Shown one piece after another: positions 11,183 to 20,179 of a stretch of DNA of 64,000 nt. Under the pieces are notes generated by a model that ran no database searches, was not told the DNA's origin, and saw nothing but the letters and a program-made list of their open reading frames with translations. Origin of the DNA: Polyangiales bacterium (GTDB lineage Bacteria > Myxococcota_A > Polyangia > Polyangiales > Ga0077539); NCBI GenBank assembly GCA_044229975.1, contig JBGARZ010000003.1:160001-224000 (forward strand), given 5' to 3'. Position 1 is the first letter of the stretch. Each line of letters begins with the position of its first letter. The position numbers were made by a program, and so were the translations under genes.

Positions 11183-12643
11183 TCACTGCGCCGCCACGCC
11201 GACCGCGGCCATGCCTTGCCGGATCAGGTCGGCGCGCATGCCGTACTTGAAGTTCGAGCCGCGGTTGACCTCCACCTCACGGCGCTGACCGTTGGTCGGA
11301 TCCACCACGATCTGCCGCTCGTCGTCGGCGAGGCTGCCCGCGTTGATGCCCACCACGCTGCCGCTCGGCAGGAAGATCGGGCTGCCCGACGAGCCCCCGG
11401 AGGTCTGCGCGCTGTGCTGTAGCTTCTGGGCCGCGGCGGGCAGGGCGTTGCCGTCCTGGAAATCCGTCACCCGGTTGATGAGCCCGAGGGTGATGGTCGC
11501 CACTGGGGAACTCTCGTTCATGGTCATCCCAGGGAAGCCGTACACGAACACCGCGTCGCCCTCGTGCAGCGCGAAGAGCTCGGCGTCCGTGGCGAGCCTC
11601 GCAAAGGACGGGAGCGTCCCGGTCACGCGCATGAGCCCGACGTCGTACCCGGTGCCCCCGCGCGAGAAGCGCGCGTCGCGAAAGCGCGCGTCCATGTACA
11701 CGGGCCTCGCGGCGAGCGCGTTGCCGGGCGCCTTGTTGCGCAGCGCGACGATCTGCGACCCGCGAGCGATCTCCTCGTTGGCCACCCGCACGCAGTGGGC
11801 GTTGGTCGCGATGAGCACGCGCGTCACCGCGAAGCCCGTGCAGAAGCCTTGCGTCCGAGCCGTCCCCGGGCGCTGATAGGCGAGCAGGTAGATGGTGTTC
11901 TCGTTGGCCGCAGCGAGGCGCGCGCCCACGTTGCTCGGGTCGCCCGACGGCACCCGCGGAGCCTCGGTGGACTCTGCGTCGTGCGCGCGATCGATAACGA
12001 AGAATGCGCCGAGCGCGACGGCCGTGATGACCAGGCCTGACAGCAGCGCGACCATCACCTTGAGCCCGGTGTGCCTGGGCCGACGCGCGTCCGACGCCTG
12101 GATGGCCTGGTCGATCATCATCGCGACGGTGCGCCGCCCCACCTGCGCGCCTGCGGGCATCGCCGCCACCGCAGCCTGCCCCACGGATACGTCACCACGC
12201 GCCGCTGGCATCGCGGAGGCGGGCGGCATCACCTGCGCCGGAGGCATGGCATGCGCGACGGGCATCGCCACCGTGCTCGCGACCGGCGCCGCCGGCTTGA
12301 ACGCCGCGAAGGGCGCGGGCTCCGACGACATCGCGGGCATTGGGAGCTCCACGCGAAACCGCGGCCCCGCGTTGCCCAGTAGCAGGATGTCCCCCGCGCG
12401 CACCGGCCGCTGTTGTACCCGCGAGCCGTTGATGAAGGTTCCGTTGCGGCTCCCGAGGTCGCTCACGACCCAGGCACCGTTCTGGAGTGTGAGCTCGCAG
12501 TGTCGCCCCGAGGCGTCGAGGTCTTGATGCGGGTCGAGCGCGAGCTCGTTGTCGGGCGATCGACCGATGCGAACCCGGTCGCCGTCGAAGATCCAGAGTC
12601 GGCCCGCCTCCGCGCCGCTCTCCTGCAACAACCGGATCTCCAC
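11183..12643 (-). CDS. FHA domain, transmembrane helix and trypsin-like serine protease
   Basis: FHA (IGRS..ASGRH..DLGSRNGT); one TM helix; catalytic triad motifs TNAHC, GYDVGL and GGSSGSP. Confidence 0.88.
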   Translation of the reverse strand: MEIRLLQESGAEAGRLWIFDGDRVRIGRSPDNELALDPHQDLDASGRHCELTLQNGAWVVSDLGSRNGTFINGSRVQQRPVRAGDILLLGNAGPRFRVELPMPAMSSEPAPFAAFKPAAPVASTVAMPVAHAMPPAQVMPPASAMPAARGDVSVGQAAVAAMPAGAQVGRRTVAMMIDQAIQASDARRPRHTGLKVMVALLSGLVITAVALGAFFVIDRAHDAESTEAPRVPSGDPSNVGARLAAANENTIYLLAYQRPGTARTQGFCTGFAVTRVLIATNAHCVRVANEEIARGSQIVALRNKAPGNALAARPVYMDARFRDARFSRGGTGYDVGLMRVTGTLPSFARLATDAELFALHEGDAVFVYGFPGMTMNESSPVATITLGLINRVTDFQDGNALPAAAQKLQHSAQTSGGSSGSPIFLPSGSVVGINAGSLADDERQIVVDPTNGQRREVEVNRGSNFKYGMRADLIRQGMAAVGVAAQ

Positions 12644-12678
12644 GTTGGTCCCGATGCTACACCGCGCGTCTTGCGGCG

Positions 12679-14130
12679 TCAGTCCTGCGCGGTGACGTCG
12701 ACCGCGGGCGCGGCGGCGTCGGAGGTCGTCGCATCACCCCACGACGGCGCCGGGACCAGCGTCGGCGCGGCGCCACCACCGGCGGTCACTGGCGTCACGG
12801 GGGGAGCATCGACCATCGGCGCGGGCGGGGACTCGCGGGGCGGAGGGCTACCGCGCTGGGTGAGCTTCCAACCGGCAAAGGCGAGGAGCGCGATCACGAC
12901 GACTGCCATGATCCAGGGCACCGGGCCGCCCGACGAGACCGGCAGCACGGGGACCTCATCGTCCGTCCCGTCGGGTGCATGCGCGGTCGACGGTGACCCC
13001 GTGTCGGGATCGTCATGCGAGCGCTCCGAGCGCGTCGGCGGATACGAGTGGGCCTTCTTGACGTCTGAGCCGGGCGGCGGGAGCGCAGGCATCTTCAACG
13101 CCGACGATGCGCTGCCCACGAGCGGCGGCTCGACCGACTCGGACAGCACGAAGGCGTGGTACCCGATGGGCTCGTCGTCCGGTGACGCCGGGGGCAGGTC
13201 GCCCTCGAAGCGCGCCACCACGACGGTGATGTTGTCGTGCCCACCCGCGTCGTTGGCCGCGTCGATGAGCCGCTGGCAGCACTCATCGGGGTCGTCGGTC
13301 TCGGCGAGGGCCTCCGCGATCTGCTCGTGCGTTGCGAGCCCCGAGAGACCGTCGGAGCACAGCATCAGCGCATCGCCGTGCCGCAGCTCGATGAACGACA
13401 GGTCGACGGACACCGCGTCGGCCGTACCTAGCGCCTGCAGGATGATGTGCGCGTGCTCGTAGCTCTCGGCCTGCTCTTCGGTGAGGCGCCCGGCCTCGAT
13501 GAGCTTGGAGACGAGCGACTGATCCTTGGTGATCTGCCGCAGTTTGCCGCCGCGGTAGAGGTAGGCGCGGGAGTCGCCGACCTGACCGACGAAGAGCGTC
13601 GAGCCAAAGACCCCGGCGACCGTCGAGGTCGTGCCCATCCCGTGCTGGTTGCGATTGGTCTTGGCGGCCAGGAAGATGCGCGCGCCGGCCTCCTGCACCG
13701 CGGTCACCAGCGTCTGCGCGAACTCGTCGACGTCTTCGGGCGCCGAGCTGTCCTGCATGATCGTGTGGATGACGTCGACGGCCATCTGGCTGGCGATCTC
13801 GCCGGCGAGCGCGCCGCCCATGCCGTCGCACACCGCGAGCAGCAACCCGCGATCGCCCACCGATACGGTCGAACCGACGTCGTCGCCGCCGCGCTTCTCG
13901 CGGGTGAGGTCGGCGAGCACGAGGTTGTCTTCGTTGTGGTCGCGGATGCGGCCGACGTCCGTCGCCCCGGCAAGGCGGAGCGACACGACCCTCGGCGCGG
14001 GCGGCGCGACCGTCGTCGGCGGCGCGGGCATCGACATCGCGAGGTCACTGACGGTCACTGCGGGCGCATCGGCAGCGGCGTCCGGCGCGGGCGTGCTCTG
14101 CTCGGGCTCAGCGCCCTCGGTCTCACTCAT
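12679..14130 (-). CDS. PP2C/PPM family Ser/Thr phosphatase with C-terminal TM anchor
   Basis: TDVGRIRDHNED, VCDGMGG, MGTT, VGDSRAY, LCSDGL, GGHDNIT; TM WIMAVVVIALLAFAG followed by a Pro-rich tail. Confidence 0.95.
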   Translation of the reverse strand: MSETEGAEPEQSTPAPDAAADAPAVTVSDLAMSMPAPPTTVAPPAPRVVSLRLAGATDVGRIRDHNEDNLVLADLTREKRGGDDVGSTVSVGDRGLLLAVCDGMGGALAGEIASQMAVDVIHTIMQDSSAPEDVDEFAQTLVTAVQEAGARIFLAAKTNRNQHGMGTTSTVAGVFGSTLFVGQVGDSRAYLYRGGKLRQITKDQSLVSKLIEAGRLTEEQAESYEHAHIILQALGTADAVSVDLSFIELRHGDALMLCSDGLSGLATHEQIAEALAETDDPDECCQRLIDAANDAGGHDNITVVVARFEGDLPPASPDDEPIGYHAFVLSESVEPPLVGSASSALKMPALPPPGSDVKKAHSYPPTRSERSHDDPDTGSPSTAHAPDGTDDEVPVLPVSSGGPVPWIMAVVVIALLAFAGWKLTQRGSPPPRESPPAPMVDAPPVTPVTAGGGAAPTLVPAPSWGDATTSDAAAPAVDVTAQD

Positions 14131-15416
14131 CGGCCACCACCGCCCTGGGTCCCCTGGGAGACGGAGCCGCGGGGCGACGCGTCGAAGCGGAAGAGGTGAT
14201 GCCCGACGCGGAAGACGTCCCCATCGCCGATCTCCCGCTCGCCGCGAAACAGCACCAGGGTGCCGTTGGAGCTGCCGAGGTCGCGCACCTGCACGCGGCG
14301 CTGCGCGCGGTCGACCTTGAAGGCCACGTGTCGACGCGACAGAAACACGTCGTCGGTGAACACCACGTCACCCGACTCGCGGCCGACCACCGTCTCGTCT
14401 CGGTAGAGGTGGTAGACGTCCCTCGGGATGCCCTCGCTCGTGAGCTGGACGAGGCGTGCGAGGCGGGGCTGCTCGGGCGTGCCAAAGAGCATCACGCCGT
14501 AGTGCATCACCGGCCCGAGGGAGACCTCGCCGTCGTTGAGCACTTCGAGTCGGAGCACCTGCTGCCCGATGAGCACCACGTCGCCGTGCTGGAGGTCGAC
14601 GGGCTCACGCACCCGGTAGAACACCCCGTTGACCGAGCCGAGGTCGCGCAGGAAGTACTTCTCCCCGCGCTTCTGGATGCGCGCGTGCCGCGGCGAAAGG
14701 TAGGGATCGTCGGGCAGCGTGATGTTGCCCTCGAAGCGCCCGATGTCGGTGACCGCGGCGCCGATGCGGTGCACCGGACCCTCGGAGCCATCCTTCAAGA
14801 TGGTGACGAGCTGGGGCCCCGACTGCGCTGCCACCGCGCCGAAGTTGTCGGTACGGTTTTCGAGGCGCGCCGGACTCTCTGTCGCGAGCACGGCGGCAAC
14901 CACTGGAGCGGCCGACGGCGCCATCGGGCGCGACGCGGGGGGAGGCGCGAGCACCGCCAACGAAGCGGGGCTCAACACCGACGCGAGGATGTCGTCCGCG
15001 GGGAGACCGCAGACGCCGCAGAAGGACATTGAACGGTCGAAGCCGGTGCCGCAGCGTGGGCAGTGCACGGGCCCCTGCGGCGTTGCGGGAGCCGCCGCCG
15101 CGGGAGGCGCGACGACCGGAGCGGGAGAAGGCGGCGGAGCGAGAGCGACCGGCGCGGCGGGAGCTGCTTCACCGGGGGCGCGGAGGTCGTAGCCGCACAT
15201 CCGGCAGAAGCGGACACCGGGTGGGTTGTCGACGCCGCAACGCGGGCAGTGGTCGAGCGAGGCGGCCGCGGCGACCGGCGCTGGACCAACGGGCGGCGGG
15301 GCGAAGGGCCCTGCCTGGGGAACAGCGATGTTGGCGGTCTCGCGGAGCTTGTGACCGCAGTCGAGGCAGTACACTGCACTCGCTGGATTCACCCGCCCGC
15401 AGTTCGAGCACTGCAT
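14127..15416 (-). CDS. Triple zinc-ribbon plus tandem FHA domain protein
   Basis: Three CxxC..CxxC ribbons; two FHA domains (SPRH..DLGSVNG and SRRH..DLGSSNGT); ATGA overlap with the PP2C gene. Confidence 0.9.
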   Translation of the reverse strand: MQCSNCGRVNPASAVYCLDCGHKLRETANIAVPQAGPFAPPPVGPAPVAAAASLDHCPRCGVDNPPGVRFCRMCGYDLRAPGEAAPAAPVALAPPPSPAPVVAPPAAAAPATPQGPVHCPRCGTGFDRSMSFCGVCGLPADDILASVLSPASLAVLAPPPASRPMAPSAAPVVAAVLATESPARLENRTDNFGAVAAQSGPQLVTILKDGSEGPVHRIGAAVTDIGRFEGNITLPDDPYLSPRHARIQKRGEKYFLRDLGSVNGVFYRVREPVDLQHGDVVLIGQQVLRLEVLNDGEVSLGPVMHYGVMLFGTPEQPRLARLVQLTSEGIPRDVYHLYRDETVVGRESGDVVFTDDVFLSRRHVAFKVDRAQRRVQVRDLGSSNGTLVLFRGEREIGDGDVFRVGHHLFRFDASPRGSVSQGTQGGGGR

Positions 15417-15492
15417 GACGAGGGAGATTGGACACCGCTGCGCCACCCACCGTCAAGCACAACCACGGACCACCCAATGGAGCAGGCGCGGT

Positions 15493-16134
15493 CTACGGTC
15501 CGCGAAAGGTTGCGGTGACGTAGCCGCTGAAGAGCACCGTCGCGACGCCACCATCGCTGCGGCGCACGCCGTCGCCGGTGTCGAAGGGGACGAGGAAGCG
15601 CAGCGCCTCCAGTCGGCCAACGAACCCGAGGCTCACGAAGGGCGTGAGGTAGTAGCTGCCACCCGCCGAGGCGCTGAGTGTGGGGCCGAGCGTGGTCACA
15701 CCGAAGCGCTCGCCGTACGCGGCCACACCACCGCCGACGCCGACGAAGCCCTCGGCGTTGGAGCGCGGGGAGGCATAGACCCACCGGTGCTCGAAGCGCA
15801 CCTGCTGTAGCGTGGCCGACGCGAAGAGGTTGCGCGCGTTGCGCACCGAGAGGTCGTAGCCGACGAGCCACTCGCGCGACGCCGAGATGCGCCGACCGAT
15901 GGCGATGAGGATGCCGCCGCCGCCGCCGAAGGGGCAGACCGTCTGGTCGGAGGGACACAGCGAGTCGGCGTGCAGCATCGCTGACGTGGACAACCCCAGG
16001 ACGATCAAGCGGTGCGAGCGGTACGGGGCCTCGCGCGTGGGCAACAGTCGGTCTTGCGAGAGCGCGGTCGAAGAGTGGAAGGCGAGGCTCGCGGCGAGCG
16101 CGGCGCCGAGTGAACATCTCGCCAGCAGGTGCAC
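15493..16134 (-). CDS. Hypothetical secreted protein, probably a small outer-membrane beta-barrel
   Basis: Signal peptide from GTG 16134; Gly/aromatic-rich alternating strands. Confidence 0.6.
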   Translation of the reverse strand: MHLLARCSLGAALAASLAFHSSTALSQDRLLPTREAPYRSHRLIVLGLSTSAMLHADSLCPSDQTVCPFGGGGGILIAIGRRISASREWLVGYDLSVRNARNLFASATLQQVRFEHRWVYASPRSNAEGFVGVGGGVAAYGERFGVTTLGPTLSASAGGSYYLTPFVSLGFVGRLEALRFLVPFDTGDGVRRSDGGVATVLFSGYVTATFRGP

Positions 16135-16245
16135 GTCCGCGATGATAGAGCCCGCGGCTTCGCGACGACAGCGTGCACGCAGACGAAGCGTTGTTGACAA
16201 CGTCTGCGCGGCTGTGATTGATCCCCTGCGACAGGGAATCAGGCC

Positions 16246-16611
16246 ATGGAAATCCTTCTGGACAAGCGTGCGGTCAAACAGATCCGTCTCTCGGCGCAGG
16301 ACGCCATCGAGGAGGGCGACACCGAGACTCTCCGCGACGACATCCTCGACTCGTTCAGCGAGGATCAGGTCGAAGAGATCGAGCGCCGCATCGACACCGA
16401 CTTCTACGACTTCCTCGGCGATACCCTGGAGGAGTGGTCGGGCGAAGACGTCGACGAGCTGCTCGACCTCCTCGAGTCGCAGCTCGCGGACGTAGGCGTC
16501 GAGCTGAAGTTCGAGTCGGTCGAAGCGGGCGGCGACGACGACGCGGACGACGACTTCGACCCCGACGACGACGACCTCGACACCGAAGAAGCCGTCGACG
16601 ACGAAGACTGA
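16246..16611 (+). CDS. Small, extremely acidic hypothetical protein
   Basis: Host-like high GC3; 49 of 121 residues are D/E by hand count; TTGACA at 16194. Confidence 0.8.
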   Translation: MEILLDKRAVKQIRLSAQDAIEEGDTETLRDDILDSFSEDQVEEIERRIDTDFYDFLGDTLEEWSGEDVDELLDLLESQLADVGVELKFESVEAGGDDDADDDFDPDDDDLDTEEAVDDED

Positions 16612-16612
16612 C

Positions 16613-17701
16613 CTACCGCGCCGCGCAGCCTTGGGGCGTCGGCGCGCTCACCCCACAGCCCAGCAGCTCGGCACGCGCCATTCGTGCGAAGCGTCGACAC
16701 GCAAACTCCGTCGCGAGCGTCCGCCACACGCGACACGCCGCCGCCGGGTCAGTGCGTCGACGCAGGGCGGCCTCCTCCCAGAGCGCGTCGTCGCGGCGTA
16801 GCGACGTGGGGTGTTCGGCATACACCTGGTGGTATGCGTCGGCTGCAGCTGCGAGCTCACCCAGATCGTCGCGAAGGATCTCCGCGCGCAGCCACGCTCC
16901 GTCGTCGAAGCGCGGTGCGGCGTAGCTGCCGTTTCCCCACGACGACTCGCGCACGGCGAGCATCCGCTCGATGGCCTGCACCGCTTCCCCCGCCCGCCCC
17001 TGCGCGCGCAGCAGCCGCGCGAGCGCGAGGTGGCCGTCGTCCCAGTGGCTGTTGTTGGGATACGGAACGCGCTCCAACATCCCGCGCCACGCGGCGATCG
17101 CGGCCACCGTGTCGCCGCGTGCCTCAAGTCGGGCTGCACGCGCGGCGAGCACGCTCTCGAGGAGGATGGAGCCCGCCACCCGCGGGACGAGCGCGAGCGT
17201 CTCCAACCAGGCGACAGATCGCGAGCGAGTGGGGTCGTCGGCGTCGAGGGCCCGCAGCGCAAGCCGCAAGGCCCCCAGCGCCGGGCCGGTCTCCGGCGAC
17301 TGCTCGATGAGCGTGCGGAGCTGCTGCATCCCCGACTCGCGCTCGACGCCCACCGACGACCGCAGCGCGAGCGAGGCGAGTTCGAGACGCGCGCGTGGGG
17401 CGTGATCCCAGTCGCTGCCTTCAGACGCCACCTCGGAGAGAAGACGCGCGGTGCAGCGAGCGTCACCGAACCGCCGACACGCCATCGCGGCCCGGTAGCG
17501 GGCGTCGCCCCGGTCGCGTGCCGACAAGGCCTCTTGGGACGCGCGCTCGTAGGCTTGCGCGGCCTCGCCAAAGCGCCCGGCGTGGTAGGCGCGATCGCCT
17601 GCGGCGAGCTGTGTTCGGTACGCGATCGGCGGACGCGCTGCGCACGCCACCACGAGCGCTGCCGGCCCAAGGCACGCGATGGCGGACCAACGAAACGTCA
17701 C
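16613..17701 (-). CDS. TPR-repeat lipoprotein
   Basis: Lipobox VVAC; TPR-like helices (AGRFGEAAQAYERA); GTGA overlap with ltaE. Confidence 0.75.
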   Translation of the reverse strand: MTFRWSAIACLGPAALVVACAARPPIAYRTQLAAGDRAYHAGRFGEAAQAYERASQEALSARDRGDARYRAAMACRRFGDARCTARLLSEVASEGSDWDHAPRARLELASLALRSSVGVERESGMQQLRTLIEQSPETGPALGALRLALRALDADDPTRSRSVAWLETLALVPRVAGSILLESVLAARAARLEARGDTVAAIAAWRGMLERVPYPNNSHWDDGHLALARLLRAQGRAGEAVQAIERMLAVRESSWGNGSYAAPRFDDGAWLRAEILRDDLGELAAAADAYHQVYAEHPTSLRRDDALWEEAALRRRTDPAAACRVWRTLATEFACRRFARMARAELLGCGVSAPTPQGCAAR

Positions 17702-18741
17702 GCGATGCTGGCTTCGGCGATGGCGCGCAGCACGGTGCCAGCGTCGCGAGCCGACGGGAGGCTCACGTCGAGGTGGGTCACCGCGCGCACGCGGTGAGGC
17801 CCAAACGCCGACAGCAACACCCCAGCCGCTCGGGCTCGCTCGACGAAGGCGCCAGCGTCGAGACCGCCCTCGGGGGGCAGATCGAACATCACGATGTTGG
17901 TCTGCGGCTCGACGACGGCGATGGCCCGACTTCCGGCGACGGCGGCGGCGAGCGCACGCGCAGACTCATGATCGTCGACGAGGCGATGGACGTGGTGATC
18001 GAGCGCGTAGAGGCCCGCGGCCGCGAGCACGCCTACCTGGCGCATGCCGCCACCCATCCGCTTGCGGAGTCGACGCGCGGCGCGGACGTGGTCGCGGGTA
18101 CCCGCCAGGAGCGATCCGACGGGTGCGCCGAGCCCCTTCGAGAGGCACACGGAGACGGTGTCGGCCCGCAGCGCAACCTCGCGCGGAGAGACGCCGAGGG
18201 CAGCAGCCGCGTTGAAGAGACGCGCGCCGTCGAGGTGAACGGTGAGTCCGAGCGCCTGCGCCTGGGCCATGGCGGACTCCACGAGGGCGAGTTCGATGAC
18301 CCGCCCACCAGCGCGGTTGTGGGTGTTCTCAAGGACGAGCGCTCGGGTCGTCGGGCACCAGTCTACGGTGGGGCGCACCGCGGCGCGCACCTCCGCCGCC
18401 GTGACGGCGCCCTCCCGACCGACGGGGACGAGTTGCACCCCTGCAATCGCGGCGGCGGCGCCGGTCTCGTACCAGAGACAGTGGGCGCCTTCGGCGACAA
18501 GCACCTCCTCGCCGTGCGCCGCGTGGAGCTGGAGCGCGATCTGGTTGGCCATGGTTCCGGACGGGACGAAGAGCGCGGCCTCGCGACCGAGGAGGTCAGC
18601 GACGCGAGCTTCGAGCGCAGCGACGGTGGGGTCTTCTCCAAACACGTCGTCGCCGACGACCGCCTCGGCGATGGCCGAGCGCATGCCGGGGGTTGGGCGG
18701 GTCAGGGTGTCGGAGCGAAGGTCGATCAGAGGAGCTATCAC
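17698..18741 (-). CDS. ltaE: Low-specificity L-threonine aldolase (PLP-dependent)
   Basis: DLRSDT, GDDVFGEDP, PSGTMAN, HLDGARLFNA, CLSKGLGAPVGS, GGGMRQ. Confidence 0.93.
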   Translation of the reverse strand: MIAPLIDLRSDTLTRPTPGMRSAIAEAVVGDDVFGEDPTVAALEARVADLLGREAALFVPSGTMANQIALQLHAAHGEEVLVAEGAHCLWYETGAAAAIAGVQLVPVGREGAVTAAEVRAAVRPTVDWCPTTRALVLENTHNRAGGRVIELALVESAMAQAQALGLTVHLDGARLFNAAAALGVSPREVALRADTVSVCLSKGLGAPVGSLLAGTRDHVRAARRLRKRMGGGMRQVGVLAAAGLYALDHHVHRLVDDHESARALAAAVAGSRAIAVVEPQTNIVMFDLPPEGGLDAGAFVERARAAGVLLSAFGPHRVRAVTHLDVSLPSARDAGTVLRAIAEASIA

Positions 18742-18793
18742 GGGGGCTTTCCTACCGAAACGCGTTGCGACCGCCAACCCGCGCGGTTGGATC

Positions 18794-18821
18794 TTGCGCG
18801 GCGTCAAAGCTGTGATAGAAG
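18794..18821 (+). promoter_or_regulatory. Putative sigma70 promoter of tRNA-Thr
   Basis: TTGCGC-N16-TAGAAG with TG just upstream of the -10, ending 14 bp before the tRNA. Confidence 0.4.
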
Positions 18822-18835
18822 CGGCGCCTCCCTGT

Positions 18836-18907
<72 letters not shown>

Positions 18908-18915
18908 CCGCTTCC

Positions 18916-18949
18916 TGGCCTGACAGCGTCTCTACGCAGTGTCAGGCCA
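18916..18949 (+). terminator. Strong hairpin after the tRNA (terminator or processing signal; no U tract)
   Basis: TGGCCTGACA...TGTCAGGCCA, a 10-bp perfect stem, plus an inner GCGT/ACGC stem. Confidence 0.5.
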
Positions 18950-19004
18950 CAAACTGCTCCAAGCCCGGTCGCCCCTACTATAGGGCGGGAGGCTGGCGTT
19001 TGAG

Positions 19005-19144
19005 GACGCTCGACCGTTCGCCGTCTGTCGCCAATACCCCTCCCCGATGCTCGACCGTCGCTCGGAACCATCGCCGATGGTCCGCCTTGACGCTCGACCA
19101 TCCCCGTCCCCTATCGCCGATACGCTCGGTCGACGCTCGACCGT
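19005..19144. repeat. Degenerate ~43-bp tandem array with two alternating conserved motifs
   Basis: GAYGCTCGACCRT at 19005, 19046, 19089 and 19132; YRTCGCCRATR at 19026, 19069 and 19112. Confidence 0.85.
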
Positions 19145-19251
19145 CCTCCCCCGGTAGGCGCAACGGGCGTAACGCACGTCGATGTCCCTGAATGCCGCAG
19201 AGCGTCGCAGATTCCGCCTTCTTGTCGGATACCCGAACCCGTCAAGGCGCA

Positions 19252-19268
19252 GTGACCAAACGCGTCAC
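19252..19268. promoter_or_regulatory. Palindrome, candidate enhancer for a PilR-like sigma54 activator
   Basis: GTGAC-N7-GTCAC, about 130 bp upstream of the -24 element. Confidence 0.45.
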
Positions 19269-19387
19269 CCTGGGGGCCGCAACCGCCCTCCGTCGCCTCT
19301 GTGCCAGCTGTCGTTCTTCTCGTTGGATCTCAGAGCTCCTCGCGTTTTTGAGATATCCCAAACCGGCGGTGAGGTGCCAGCGTCCGA

Positions 19388-19403
19388 TGGCATAACGACT
19401 GCA
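19388..19403 (+). promoter_or_regulatory. sigma54 (-24/-12) promoter of the pilin gene
   Basis: TGGCATAACGACTGCA has GG-N10-GC spacing. pilA is sigma54-dependent in Myxococcus and Pseudomonas. Confidence 0.75.
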
Positions 19404-19487
19404 ATAGGCTTCGCTGTCCAATCCGAGGCACCGACGACCTGAACGGTTCAGGAAAGTCAAATGCATCAACGGACGGAGTAAATCCCC

Positions 19488-19988
19488 ATGAAGCGTTCCA
19501 TGAAGAAGGTTCTCGCTGGCTTCACCCTCGTCGAGCTCATGATCGTGGTTGTGATTCTGGGCATTCTCGCGGCGGTCGCGATCCCGGCGTTCACCCGCTA
19601 CGTGAAGCGCTCGAAGACCTCGGAAGCCACTGGCAATATCGCCAAGATCTACCAGGGCGAGACCGCGTACTTCAACCAGTCGTCGGAGCAGAGCGTCGCC
19701 AGCTTCGCCTCGGCCGTCGCCACCCCGACCGCCGCCCCCTCGGCCTCGAAGTACCCCGCCCAGCCCACCGCCTTCACCGGCGACTCTGGCTGGAGCGCGA
19801 TCGGCTTCTCGGTTGACGCCCCCCTGTACTACCAGTACTCCGCGACCGCGAGCGCCACGAGCTTCAACTCGATCGCGACCGGCAACATCGACGGCGACTC
19901 GACCAACTCGTCCTTCAGCCGCTCGGCCGCTCTCAACGCCGGCGAAATCCAGGGCGGACAGATCGTCATCACCAACGAGCTCGAATGA
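19488..19988 (+). CDS. pilA: Type IVa pilin, probably a major pilin
   Basis: Prepilin site [23 protein letters not shown] with E5; GGAG SD; own promoter and terminator. Confidence 0.9.
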   Translation: MKRSMKKVLAGFTLVELMIVVVILGILAAVAIPAFTRYVKRSKTSEATGNIAKIYQGETAYFNQSSEQSVASFASAVATPTAAPSASKYPAQPTAFTGDSGWSAIGFSVDAPLYYQYSATASATSFNSIATGNIDGDSTNSSFSRSAALNAGEIQGGQIVITNELE

Positions 19989-20029
19989 GCTCGGCGGCAG
20001 CCTGAGTCATCGCACTCGGCAGCCTGCGA

Positions 20030-20082
20030 CGACCCCTCAACGCACACTCTCCGGAGTGCGGGTTGAGGGGTTGTTTCTATTT
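20030..20082 (+). terminator. Rho-independent terminator of the pilin gene
   Basis: ACCCCTCAAC...GTTGAGGGGT stem followed by TGTTTCTATTT. Confidence 0.8.
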
Positions 20083-20179
20083 CGCGCACGCGGTCTTGTC
20101 ACTTGAACTGAGTGCTCATTGAACACCCAGCCCAGGAACTCCCGATGTGCCCTGAAGAGCGCCGCCGACCCTCGAAGGG

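Noticed and set aside
19005..19144. CRISPR array interpretation of the 43-bp repeat
   Set aside because: The conserved blocks are only 11-13 bp with about 10-bp gaps, unlike repeat/spacer sizes, and there are no cas genes.
19488..19988. Electrically conductive (e-)pilin
   Set aside because: Aromatics are 16 of 155 and include F1, F24, Y27, Y50 and F51, but positions 32 and 57 are not aromatic. The pattern is common in deltaproteobacterial pilins and the heuristic is contested.
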